Below the pieces are notes generated by a model that was given only the letters and a program-made list of their open reading frames with translations, made no database searches and was not told where the DNA came from. A stretch of 64,000 bases of DNA from Candidatus Marinacidobacterales bacterium (GTDB taxonomy: Bacteria; Acidobacteriota; Vicinamibacteria; Marinacidobacterales; SMYC01): NCBI GenBank assembly GCA_965237955.1, contig OZ250169.1, positions 7,968,001-8,032,000 of the forward strand, given 5' to 3'. Below, in pieces: positions 21,410 through 31,895 of this stretch (positions are counted from its first letter, which is position 1; the number at the start of each line of letters is the position of its first letter). The position numbers and the translations under genes were made by a program.

Positions 21410-22494
21410 GGCGTTGTTGCACCGCTCTGGCTGAGAGCGAAATCCGCCTATGGTGGTGGCCGAGGTATGTTCGAGCATGAAGTATCCCAAGCGCTGCCAG
21501 TACAAGCACGCGAAGCAGAAGAAGTACCACGTTCGCAACTGGGCGGAATACAACGAAGGGCTGCGCCGCCGGGGCGATTTGACAGTCTGGTTTGACGAGG
21601 AGGCAATCGCGAACTGGAAGGCCGACAAGACCGGTAAGCCTGGCGGTCAACGGGTCTATTCAGACATGGCGATTGAAACGGGCCTGGTTGTCCGGATGGT
21701 GTACAAGCTCGCCTACCGACAAACCGAAGGCTTCTTGCACTCGATCGCCTCGCTTCTCGGGCTCGGTATCGAGATCCCGGACTACTCGACGTTGTGTCGG
21801 CGCTCGAGGTTGCTCCGCAAGAAGCTGCGGATTCCGAAAGCCGCGAGCACTCAACCCATCCACCTGATGATCGATAGCACGGTCTTGAGGATTCATGTTG
21901 GAAACGCTCGCAAACCGCCAAAGCAGCGCGCATGGCGCAAGTTGCACATCGCCGTTGATCGCGAGACAGGGAACATTGTTGCGTCCGAACTGACGGCGTC
22001 ACGAGCTCGCGACGCAACCCGAGTCCCCGCTTTGCTAACACAGATTCAAGCACCTCTAGTGTCGGTGGCGGCGGACAGTGCATACGACAAGGAAGCGGTC
22101 TACGAAGCCATCGAAGCGCACAGTCCTGGACGAAGGACGCGCGTGGTGATTCCGCCGCAACGAAACGCGACGCTCAGTCAGAATTCGAACACCGCCATGC
22201 AGGAGCGCGATCGCCATATTCGTGCAATCGAAAGACACGGCCGACGTGAATGGTACAAGCTCTCAGGCTACACCAAGCGAAGCATGGTGGAGAACGCGGT
22301 CTATCGTTACAAGGCGATCATCGGGCCGGAGATGCGGGCTCGAACGTTGGCGAGGCAACGAGTTGAACACCGAATTGGGTGCGAGATACTCAACAAGATG
22401 GCTGCGCTCGGGATGCCCGATACGTACTGCGCCGGGTGACTCTGCAACCGGCACAGGGAGGTCAGCGATTTGCTCCGGGCCGTGCAACAACGCC
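21410..22494 (+). mobile_element. IS903-group element A, copy 6 (transposase 21450..22439)
   Basis: IRs and ORF as copy 1; IDSTG changed to IDSTV; no TSD. Confidence 0.95.
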
Positions 22495-23075
22495 GTTCGG
22501 AGGCAACAATGGTGCCCGTCTTGCGCAAAACGGCGATGTGCAACTTGCGCCATGCGCGCTGCTTTGGCGGTTTGCGGACGGCTCCAACATGAATCCTCAA
22601 GCCCGTGCTATCGATCATTAGGTGGATGGGTTGGTTGCTTGCGGCTTTCGGAATCCGCAGCTTCTTGCGGAGCAGCCTCGAGCGCCGAGACAACGTCGAG
22701 TAGTCCGGGATCTCGATACCGAGCCCGAGAAGCGAGGCGATCGAGTGCAAGAAGCCTTCGGTTTGGCGGTAGGCGAGCTTGTACACCATGCGGACAACCA
22801 GGCCCGTTTCAATCGCCATGTCTGAATAGACCCGTTGACCGCCAGGCTTACCGGTCTTGTCGGCCTTCCAGTTGGCGATTGCCTCCTCGTCAAACCAGAC
22901 TGTCAAATCGCCTCGGCGGCGCAGCCCTTCGTTGTATTCCGCCCAGTTGCGAACGTGGTACTTCTTCTGCTTCGCGTGCTTGTACTGGCTGCGCTTGGGA
23001 TACTTCATGGTCGAACATACCTCGGCCACCACCATAGGCGGGTTTTGCTCTCAGCCAGAGCGGTGCAACAACGCC
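22495..23075 (-). mobile_element. 5' half of a diverged IS903-group A variant, cut by copy 6
   Basis: Left IR ends at 23075; transposase stops at IVASE. Confidence 0.9.
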
Positions 23076-23084
23076 TCTCACTGG

Positions 23085-26000
23085 TTAGAACGGGACTCCG
23101 AGGCGGACGTAGTAGCGGACTCCTTCCCCTTCGGCCAGCGGAAACGCGACCCCGATGCGCAGCCGGTGCGGGACTTGGTAGAAGGTAAGCAAGTCCGTGC
23201 TTAGCTCGAACCCCGCTGATATCAGGGGAAGGGGTCTCGGGTACTCCACATCGGAAAACGGCGTACTGGAACCCCACACGTTCCCGGCGTCGATCAAAAC
23301 GGAGCCAAACAGACGATCTATATGGAAGGGCCACGCCCCGAGCCCGCGGTTGACGAGCGCGAGCGGCGCACGGAATTCGACTGATGCTGACCAGGCATGG
23401 CGTCCCGATCGTGTGGATGTCTCGTAACCCCGAACGGGTAGAGAGCCAGAAGCACCGCCCACGTGGAAGTACCCAGTGCTTGTCCCTGGACCTCTTGCGG
23501 TGCCGATGTCGGCACGCACCGCCAGAACCGGCGCCGCGAAGCCTGGTCCGGGCAGAGGCACGTAGCCTCTAAATCGGGCAATGAGATCATCGGCAGACTG
23601 ATCCATCGCAGAGCGACCAGCGAGCGTCCCTGGAACGTTCAGGTCATTGCGCGTCCGGGCGCGCACGAACATTGACGCCCCGCGCGCTTTTCCCATCTGG
23701 AACGCGTGCGATCTAGCGGTGGAGACGCTCAGCGAGACGGTGAATTCGCTCAAGGTGCTGCTCGGACGCGTAAGCTGGTAGCGGTCGGTCGACTGCAGAA
23801 TGTCGTCCAAGAGTTCCCGGTCGCTCTGCACCAAGCCTCCGGAGACGGTGAACGCGACTGGCGTGCGCATTCTGGGACGACGCAGGCTCATCGATGCCGC
23901 CACTCGCCGTTCCCGCTCGAGAACAAAGAAGGTCTCTGGCGAGCCCTCCTCCCCCGCCGGCGGGCGCCGCACCCGAACACCATCGTGGCCCCACGTCTGG
24001 GACGCCGTCAGACCGACAGTCGGGTTTCCGAGCCCTCGATACTCGTACGACATGTCGCCCTCGCCCTTGCCGCCCGATGTGAAGATCCGCAAGCCAACCT
24101 CGTAGGCGTGCCGTCCGACGAGGTCGAACCCCGACGTTCGGCCGCCGACCGCGTAGCCGAGCAACTCGGTGCGTGGAACCTCGACATCTCCAGCAGTCGT
24201 CGGCCCGGTCGCCGTCGGCTCGCGCAGCGATGGCAACCAGTACGTCGGGCGAAGTGTCGGGAGCGGTGTGTAGCCGCGTACCGTTCCGTTCAGATCACTT
24301 GTCAGCGCCTCGGCAGCGGCGTCGGCGGTGCCAGCCGTCATATCGTCAACGGCGGGAACTGTATCGAAGCGGGCAGCCGGATCGGGAGCGAGCGGCGCGG
24401 AACCGGGCTCGAACGGGACCCGCTCCACCTTCCAACCGTCGACGTGGTATCCCGAGAAGTAGATCCAGTCGCCCGCAGGATCGACGCTCGGAAACGTGGC
24501 TCCGGTGCGCATGTTCGTCAGCATAATGGGCGGGCTTGTAGTGCCGTTCTGCTGATCGACCTCGCTGGCAAGGATGTTCAAGATCCCCGTGCGATCAGAC
24601 GACCAGACTAGATGGCGCCCGCTGTCGCTCCAAGTCGGCGCGAGGTCGAGCGCTCGGTCTTGCGTCACCTCGTGCACCAGACGGCCGTGGGCATCAAGGA
24701 TGACGACATCGTGCAGTCCTTCGGTCCACCGCGTCGCTGCTATCCAACGCCCGTCGGGCGAGACGGCCGGGTAGGCCCAGTGGGTGTCCGCTTCAGGTGG
24801 CACGAGTTCCTCAATTGAGCCACCGCGCAGGTCGACCCGAACCAGACCGTTCGTCCCGTCGCCTTCCACCACGGCGACAGCCCATGCTTCGTCGGGCCCG
24901 ACCGATGGTGCCGTCAGCCTAGTCCCCTGTATCAGAACAAACTAGATAAAGCAGAGCTTGCCGAAACCATTCTAAGTGCATGAATCTTATGAATCTTATG
25001 GGCTGGCGAAAAGCCTAACTTTGTATAGTAATCAAAGATCCAGGGGACTAGCTTCCTCCGTCACGCGCCGCACCGAACCGCCAGGCGTGACGATGTAGAG
25101 GTCACTGAAGACTCGATAGCGATCGGCGAAGTCGCGCTGGGCGAAGACAATCTGACCGGAAGGAAGGAAGTCGAACGTGGTGATATGATTCGTCCGCGTC
25201 AACGTCGAAGATGCGCTGCCGTCGGGCCGCATCGAGACGATCCTTGGATCCGACCGCCCATCTGCGCGGACGTAGACCAGAGAACGGCTGTCGGGTGACA
25301 CCTTCGGGTGGACAGCTTGGCGCGCGTCCCGTGTCAGCGTCTCGGGCTCGGTGATTGGACCGAATTCGTCCAGCTCGCTCTCAAGAGCCTCAGCCAAAGC
25401 CCGCGTCTCTTCAGTCCACGCATCCCACTCGCTCGATAGCGAGACTCCGAACGCACGCCTTCCCGCGCGGTTGAGCCGATAGGGCACCCACTGCCCGGCC
25501 AGAGCCTCGACCAGGGTGGCCATACGATCCGGACCGTACTTCTTCAACAGATGTTCGAAGAAGAGCGAGCCGTACACGTACCGGCGACCGACTCCTGGCC
25601 ACTCCGGTGAATTACCGCCCGCCTGTCCAATGGTCTCGAAGCGTCCTTCGAGCGCTGCGGTACGCAGCACCATCTCATGAAAGGTCCCGTGCACGCGGCC
25701 AGCGTCTGTCAGCGCCGACTCGTACCAGGTCGCAAGTCCCTCGATGACCCAACTGGGAACCATGGCTCCCGGAAAGCCAACCGGAAAGCCAGCCGGAAAG
25801 ACAGCCGGAAAGATAACCGCCGCCGGAGCCCGTCCAACCAGGGCACGGAAGATCTTGCCGAACGCCCCGGCGTGGTCGAGGTGAAACACGTGCGCCAGCT
25901 CGTGCGTGACCAACTGCTCCAGCCAGTCGTCGAAGTAGGCCAGCGCGAGATGGTCGACCGGAGGCCGCGCGTAGAGCGTGATCCGGTTCGAAGGCCAGTA

Positions 26001-26285
26001 CAGGGCCGAGCCATTCGACACATCAATGTGGTCGGTTAGGATGACATCGATCGGACCGTTCGGACCTTCGAGGAACTGCGCGGAGAGCTTGCGGTGCGCC
26101 CGCTCGGCCAAGTCAGCCACTCTCCTGCCCAGCGCTTCGAGATGCTCAGGGAAGGTGACGCGAAAGTGCTCCGTCTCAAGTGTCTGCCACGCTTCGTCCG
26201 GGGGGGGAACCTGAGCCGTTGCCGCCCCAGCCGCCAGCAGGCAGACTATCCCTGCCAGGAGGAGATACGACGCGGGACGCGGCAT
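23085..26285 (-). pseudogene. Large exported protein (HEXXH peptidase-like + TolB/PD40 + BamA-like barrel) interrupted by a MITE
   Basis: Signal peptide, THELAH, PD40 repeats, C-terminal YYVRLGVPF; removing the MITE restores VTEEARLTAP in frame. Confidence 0.8.
24919..25051 (+). mobile_element. 133-bp IS630-related MITE, copy 1
   Basis: Ends match IS630 at 19821; near-identical to 33554 and 59740. Confidence 0.9.
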
Positions 26286-26519
26286 GGGGAGTTCTCGGTC
26301 AGTGCGAAGTAGGCGAGAAGGTGCGCGTTCGAGCCGACGAAGCCGTACCAGATATCCTCAGGAGCTTTGAGCCGTCGAGACGTAAGTCTCCCACTCCTCG
26401 TAAAGCTATTCGAGCGTCGCTTTGAGAGACTCGTGGGTTCTGACGACGTCGGCGGATCTGTTGAGGTCTTCGTAGAAACCCGGCACCGCCATTCGACCCC
26501 GTCGTGTCCAAAAATACAA

Positions 26520-27226
26520 ACGCGATCGACGGAATGCTCGAGAGGTCAGGCCCCTGTGCCCCATCCGTCACACCGGCGAACCAGGCAATGACCGATGAGC
26601 GGTGTCGGCACTTGCCGTTGACCAGCATCAGCGTATGGTCGTGCGAGAGATTGCGCAGACTGGCTGGTCGCACCAGCGTCGCCGCATCACTGATCGGGTG
26701 CGTGGCGACATTGAACGAAGGGACCAGGGTCCGCAGCTGGTAATCGAGCGTCGTGGAGCCCTGGCTGACGACATCTTGGAACGGGATGGCGTCAATCGGG
26801 ACCGGCGATTCCGTCACCGACCGTGGCTGAGCGCGACTCCCGACAACCACGACCTCCTCCTCGAACTCGAGCGCCATTTGGACATTGAGGATGGTCGCTG
26901 CACCAGCCCCGACCTCCACTTTAGCGTATACGACTTCCCGGAATCCGGACCGTGAGAACGTCACGTCGTAGGCACCAAGCTCGAACGCGCTCAGAGTGAA
27001 CATGCTGCCAGTGCTATCGGTCGAAGCGGTCTGGATTGGCCCCGCAACCCCCACGGGTCGCGCCTCCACAGCGACGGCGGGCAAGCCCGCGACCGGTCAC
27101 GTCGGTGACCGTGCCAGAGAGCTCCCCGGCCCGTATGCCCGCGAAGCTAGATGCCGGTGCCAGAGCGACCAGAACTACCGCCGCGGCTACAAGAACATCT
27201 GTCGAGCGCAATGCCGTGCTGTGCAT
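26520..27226 (-). pseudogene. 5' fragment of a TonB-dependent receptor, frameshifted
   Basis: ELSGTVTD carboxypeptidase-regulatory domain, EEVVVVGSR, plug ASLRNL..TLMLVNGK; 3' boundary approximate. Confidence 0.75.
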
Positions 27227-27249
27227 TTGCGAGTACCTCCTGCCTAGGC

Positions 27250-27414
27250 CGGTCTGACCACGCGACGGCTCGCCTTTCGAGACATCTTCTTGGCGACGAC
27301 GCTTCCTTTGTGGTTGCGGATCGAGGTTTTCCTGCTCACTGGGGCGCGCAACCCGGTCTCTTCCGCACCTGTACCACTGCCCGTAGCCGCGTAGCACTTG
27401 ATGGCGGAAGCACC
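27250..27414 (+). mobile_element. 3' remnant of the IS1-like element
   Basis: GLTTRRLAFRDIF..AA* followed by ATGGCGGAAGCACC IR, homologous to 2357-2390. Confidence 0.65.
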
Positions 27415-27561
27415 TGCCCTCGTCTGTCACCGGTCGGTGACTTCCAGAGACATATCCGCTCCCAAAAACTTGATGTTCAACTTCACATCCTCCCTGAGAT
27501 AGATCGCAAAAATAAGGACCATCGCCACGATTACACAGACTGTCATTTTCTTCATGGCGGC

Positions 27562-28080
27562 CTACTTTCTGCGTGCAGGCTTGGCCAACGCCGCCATCTG
27601 ACTGATCGTCGTCGCCACCTGTTTCGTTGCGGTGATCCTGCTCTTCAGCGTCCGGGCGGTCTCGCTGCAGGTTTTCGCTAGTTCCTCAAGAAGCTCCGGT
27701 AGCTTTTCTAACGCTTCCAGGCGGTATGAACGCGGGGCGTCATTGAACCGCCAAGCTTCTTCATCGGGATCCTCAAAATGGCCTTCGAGGGTGCGGATTG
27801 CGATTCCCCACTTACCGGAGACCTTGGCGTACCCAAGTGAGCGTTCCCGGAAATATTCGTAGGCTTGGTCATATTGTCCAGTGACCTTCACCCAGGTTAA
27901 AATACCTAGATTCAACTTTTGCAAGGCCGCGTCGATTTCTGAGATCGGTTTGGCGAGCTCGTCGGAAGCGACGTTCAATTCCGTAGCGGATACGACAAGC
28001 TTCTCAAAAACCGCCGAAATACGCTCAACTAGCGGCTCGTCTTGCTGGAGAGATTTTGACGCGGAGCGGGGGATAGACAT
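27562..28080 (-). CDS. Hypothetical protein
   Basis: Helical, protein-like ORF with GGAG RBS before ATG at 28080. Confidence 0.55.
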   Translation of the reverse strand: MSIPRSASKSLQQDEPLVERISAVFEKLVVSATELNVASDELAKPISEIDAALQKLNLGILTWVKVTGQYDQAYEYFRERSLGYAKVSGKWGIAIRTLEGHFEDPDEEAWRFNDAPRSYRLEALEKLPELLEELAKTCSETARTLKSRITATKQVATTISQMAALAKPARRK

Positions 28081-28284
28081 GTAAACTCCTTGGACCCGAC
28101 AGGCCCTGGATACACGGCACCGTACAGGTGCCATTTGTTAATCCAACCGCCAGTTAAGCGGTGGGGTTAGAAAGATCGGCTTCCACCGACGCCAGCCAAA
28201 GCAGGCATCTAACCTTGACTTGAGGTTACTACAAACGGGCTCGATCGACAAGTGATCTCCCGTGGCTCCAGCCTGTTGTGATCC

Positions 28285-28360
28285 CGTCCTGTGCCAAAAC
28301 TAGGCCCTTTTGAAATAGACCATAAATCAGCAGCTTAGTGTCTGTGTTTGCGACCGGGCC
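28285..28360 (+). mobile_element. Orphan left end of the CGT..ACG rve element
   Basis: CGTCCTGTGCCAAAACT..CTTAG, matching 37865. Confidence 0.85.
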
Positions 28361-28468
28361 AATAAAAGGCCCGCCGATGAAGCTCCTTCATCACCATTAT
28401 AGTCGGCACCCTGGGCATCAGCGGGGGAACTGTCCGGCCCAGCAGGCTTCTGGTCAGGCTCCATCGCG

Positions 28469-28540
28469 GTAGGGTCGAGGGCTGGCACGGTGCTCCGTAG
28501 GCGCGGCCTATCTGTTTCTCCCCGTTTCCTGTGGGAGTGC
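28469..28540 (-). ncRNA. 3' terminus (domain VI) remnant of a group II intron
   Basis: Minus strand GGAAACGGGGAGAAACAGATAGGCCGCGCCTACGGAGCACCGTGCCAGCCCTCGACCCTAC; domain V absent, cut by an element end. Confidence 0.55.
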
Positions 28541-28541
28541 C

Positions 28542-28631
28542 CGTAAGGTCAAAATACTCATGCGGCTTCCCTATGGTAGAAACGTAGCAACCCGCCAAGC
28601 CGTTCACGGGAGCGCACCATAGACACTAAGC
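28542..28631 (-). mobile_element. 3' end of a third rve-integrase element family
   Basis: RERLGGLLRFYHREAA* then GTATTTTGACCTTACG; end matches 55157-55173. Confidence 0.7.
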
Positions 28632-28745
28632 TGCCTTGGTGCATAACTCCGGACAACTCTAAAGGAATCAGCAGGTTACGTTTTTGAGCCAAAAATAGCA
28701 GAGTCAATGGAATCAATGACTTACCTGTATTTATGCACCAAGGCA
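28632..28745. mobile_element. 114-bp MITE with IS903-B-type ends
   Basis: TGCCTTGGTGCATAA..TTATGCACCAAGGCA; same terminal 12 bp as element 53886..54972. Confidence 0.8.
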
Positions 28746-28959
28746 CCTTCCCGCCGGGAAAGCTTTGGACTTTCCTGCCCTTGGCAACGATGACTTTGTT
28801 GGCGCCTTTGATGAGCGCCACAGCGTCTTTGCGACCCAGCTTTTTCGAGGCAGAGACGACTTCCTTCGCTTCGATTTTCTTGGCGTCCATGAACTTGGAC
28901 GCTCGACCACAGCTTGTTCACCCGTTGCGGTGGTAGTACCAGTCGACTTTCTTCAGCAT
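28746..28959 (-). pseudogene. ArsC-like thioredoxin-fold selenoprotein (UxxC), 3'-truncated by MITE
   Basis: MLKKVDWYYHRNG-TGA-TSCGRASKFMD; GAGGG RBS-like sequence; hairpin GCGTCCA-AGTTCA-TGGACGC 15 nt after TGA. Confidence 0.75.
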
Positions 28960-29085
28960 CCCTCTTTGTCACCCCTTGTTGGGTCCAGGTAGGAGTCTAT
29001 TCTATCAATTAACATTGATAATGATGATGATGTTGCCGAGCTGTCGCCTTCACTCGAGCCGGAGAACACGGGGAGCATTCTAGCG

Positions 29086-29772
29086 ATGTGCGGCCGTTTC
29101 ACGCAGAAACTGACCTGGCGTCAGATTCACGACCTCTACAGCCTGACAGCATCGGTGGTCCCGCTGAATCTGCAGCCTCGCTACAATGGGGCGCCGGAGC
29201 AAGAATTTGCCGCGTGCAGGCTGGACGACGACGGCAACCGCACCGTGGTCCAGCTCCGCTGGGGATTGGTGCCGTCTTGGACACGAGACGTCAGGATAGC
29301 CACCCGCCTCATCAATGCCCGGTCGGAGACCATCCACACGAAGCCGTCATTCGGCGCCGCCTTCGGTTCGCGTCGATGCCTGGTGCCGGCCGATGGGTGG
29401 TTCGAGTGGCAACGGACCGGGTACGGCAAGCAGCCCTACTTTTTGGCGCTTGAGGACGGGTCGTCGCTTTCGTTTGCCGCTCTGTGGGAGCACTGGGGCA
29501 AGGGCAACAACTCCCTCGAATCCTTCACCATCATCACGACGACGGCCTCTCCAGAGCTTGCCGACATTCACCATCGACAGCCCGCCATCATCGGTCCCGA
29601 CCGGTTCGACGAATGGCTCGACCCAACATCGCCGGTGCCAAGGCTACTCGACTTGGTACGCGAACCTTATTGCGGCCCTTACGAGAAGCGTGCCGTTAGT
29701 ACCAGGGTGAACAGCGTTCGGAACGACGACCCGGACATTCTTACCCCCAGGTCGGGGATGGAACTCTTTTGA
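29086..29772 (+). CDS. yedK: SOS response-associated peptidase (SRAP/HMCES family)
   Basis: MCGRF N-terminus, LRWGLVPSW, INARSET, RRCLVPADGWFEW, IHHRQP. Confidence 0.92.
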   Translation: MCGRFTQKLTWRQIHDLYSLTASVVPLNLQPRYNGAPEQEFAACRLDDDGNRTVVQLRWGLVPSWTRDVRIATRLINARSETIHTKPSFGAAFGSRRCLVPADGWFEWQRTGYGKQPYFLALEDGSSLSFAALWEHWGKGNNSLESFTIITTTASPELADIHHRQPAIIGPDRFDEWLDPTSPVPRLLDLVREPYCGPYEKRAVSTRVNSVRNDDPDILTPRSGMELF

Positions 29773-29870
29773 CCGCTGGGGGCAGAAACCATTCGTGTGG
29801 TCAAATGGAACCCCTCACTGCTTGTGACATTTGCCTGTTCTTCTCGACCATTTCTCTGTTCGCGTATTTC

Positions 29871-30069
29871 AAATTCCCTGTTCGATCATCTTAAATTCCC
29901 TGTTATTTCGGAACAGGGAATTGCCACCTAACCGTTCGAAATTCAGATGGTTACCACGTGAAAAAACGGTCCAATCAGGCTCAAAATGACCCCAATTCCC
30001 TGTTTTTCCCTGTTATTCAATAGCTGCCAGCTGAGACCGGCTAGCTCCAAACTGCACCATCCGCCACCC
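29871..30069. repeat. Cluster of AATTCCCTG(TT) direct/inverted repeats followed by a 37-bp motif containing TCCGCCA
   Basis: Five TTCCCTGTT/AACAGGGAA units; GAGACCGGCTAGCTCCAAACTGCACCATCCGCCACCC recurs at 33546-33711, split by a MITE. Confidence 0.7.
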
Positions 30070-30433
30070 AGTCTGGTCAATCGTGGCACTGCAGAGACAC
30101 GTGAGATTTTCCGCGCGGTTGGGGGGGTTTTGCAGGGGTAGGTGTCACTAGAGACGCGCTAGAAGGGCGGAACGGGCCTCATTTTCGGTTTTCGTCTCTA
30201 ATCCCGATTTTCGAGTGCCACGTTTGCGCCAAAGGGGGGGAGCGGGTCGCCGACAGGGCCGTGCAGCGTCGGAAAAGAGGCCGCACGAGGGGTCCAGAAT
30301 CAAGGCCAGGGCAACCGCGGCGTAGCCGGCGCAGCAGCTCATCGACCTTTGGGCGGTCGAGCTCCTTCGAGCTACTCCAACCAGTTGACGCCGCAAGACA
30401 CGCGACCGATATCTTCGCGGGTTTTTGTCGGCA

Positions 30434-31705
30434 CTAAGCGACCGTCTCCAGCACCTTCAGCAGCTTCTGAATATCCGCTCGGTTGTTGAACAGCGAGACC
30501 GACACCCGAATCACCGAACTCTCCTTCTCGCGGAAGGTGACGACGATGCCCTCCTTGTCGAAGAGCTTCTGCAATGCGTCAGGATCTCGTCCGTGAGCGA
30601 AGCTGACGATTGGGGAGTTGTTGTTGGGAGGCGTCCAGACGTTGAATCCGAGACTCGCAAGCCCGTCTCTTAGCTCGTGGGCGAGCGGCAGGGTGTGCTT
30701 TTCGATGCGGTGGAGGCCGACTTCCTTCAAGTACCCGAGGCCCGCGTTCAACTGATAGATGATGTTGTAGGCGGGGGCCGCGTACTCGTACTTTCTCGCC
30801 GTCGTGTGCAGTCGGTAGTGGTAGTCGTCGAGCGTCTCGTTAGGCGCCGGGAGGTCAGCACCATGGTAGACGAACTCGGACCCCCCCCGCATGGAGACCC
30901 GAGACTGGTGGCCGTAGCGGTCCGGGCGGATCCGATCGAGGAGCTCCTCACGGACGAAGAAAGGCGCAGCGCCGTAGCTCGCGAACAGAAACTTGTACGA
31001 GTTGGTGGTGGCGAAGTCGACGCCCTCCTCGGTGAGGTTGGTGCGGAAGGCTCCGATGGCCTGGACGGCGTCGGCGTAGAGGTAAGCGCCTTTGCGGTGT
31101 GCCAAATCCGCCAGACCTCGTACGTCCTCGCGAAAGCCGTTACGATTCGAGACCCACGCCACCGACACGAGCTTCGTTTTGTCATCGATGCGGGCGTCGA
31201 AATCCTCCAGGTCCGAGCGACCGTCTCGCTGAGGCACGATACGGAGCTCGATGCCTTTCGCCTTCTCGAGTTCTCGATACAGGACGAAGGTCGTCGTGAA
31301 ATGGAGCTCGTCGATCACGACGTTGTCGCCGGGTCCGAGGTCGAGAGCGCTGGCGACGATGTTCTCACCATCGCTCGTGGAGTAGAGAATGGCGATCTCT
31401 TCGGGCTTGGCGCCGAATAACGCGCCAAACCGCTCGCGCGCCTCCTCTCGAATCTCGTCCCTGCGGGAGGCGAAACCCTTGTAGGTCTTCACATCCGCAT
31501 AAGCGAGGGTGGCCTCCCTCACCGCTATGGGAAAAGGTGCGCGGTTGGCAGTGTCGAGGTAGGTAAGCGTGTCGGTGATTGGGAAGTCGCGGCGCACCCC
31601 CAGAGGGTCTTCGTCGGAGGGCGCTGCCAGCGCCCGGCTCGCAGGCACGACTCCGAGGCTAGCTGCGGTGGTCTTCAAAAAAGTGCGGCGGTCAAGTGAG
31701 CTCAT
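30434..31705 (-). CDS. Tat-signal aminotransferase class V (cysteine desulfurase/selenocysteine lyase-like)
   Basis: DRRTFLK Tat motif; YLDTA, DAVQAIG, SYKFL PLP lysine, IRVSVSLFN. Confidence 0.88.
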   Translation of the reverse strand: MSSLDRRTFLKTTAASLGVVPASRALAAPSDEDPLGVRRDFPITDTLTYLDTANRAPFPIAVREATLAYADVKTYKGFASRRDEIREEARERFGALFGAKPEEIAILYSTSDGENIVASALDLGPGDNVVIDELHFTTTFVLYRELEKAKGIELRIVPQRDGRSDLEDFDARIDDKTKLVSVAWVSNRNGFREDVRGLADLAHRKGAYLYADAVQAIGAFRTNLTEEGVDFATTNSYKFLFASYGAAPFFVREELLDRIRPDRYGHQSRVSMRGGSEFVYHGADLPAPNETLDDYHYRLHTTARKYEYAAPAYNIIYQLNAGLGYLKEVGLHRIEKHTLPLAHELRDGLASLGFNVWTPPNNNSPIVSFAHGRDPDALQKLFDKEGIVVTFREKESSVIRVSVSLFNNRADIQKLLKVLETVA

Positions 31706-31895
31706 GAGTTTTCTCCTTTTTTTTTACTATTGAATCGATTTCAGCGTCTTGTCTGTCAGCGTTTGCCCTCTTTCGCTACCCATGCAACACCCCTGGGCTA
31801 TTCGGCGATCTCCAGGCTGAATATCGTAGGGGATCGCGTCACGCCCTAATACCACATACCACGAGCATCGATCAATCGTTCGTATACCTCTGAGA

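Noticed and set aside
585-23204. Repeated 60-270-aa ORFs such as MQSKDTAD.., MHCPPPP.., MTARLTG..
   Set aside because: They are alternate-frame or antisense shadows of the IS903-A transposase and read-through fusions across IS ends.
29064-29078. LexA box upstream of SRAP
   Set aside because: Only one half-site (GAAC) matches a GAAC-N7-GAAC pattern.
30033-30069. tRNA gene ending TCCGCCA
   Set aside because: No cloverleaf and no canonical T-loop; kept only as a repeat motif.
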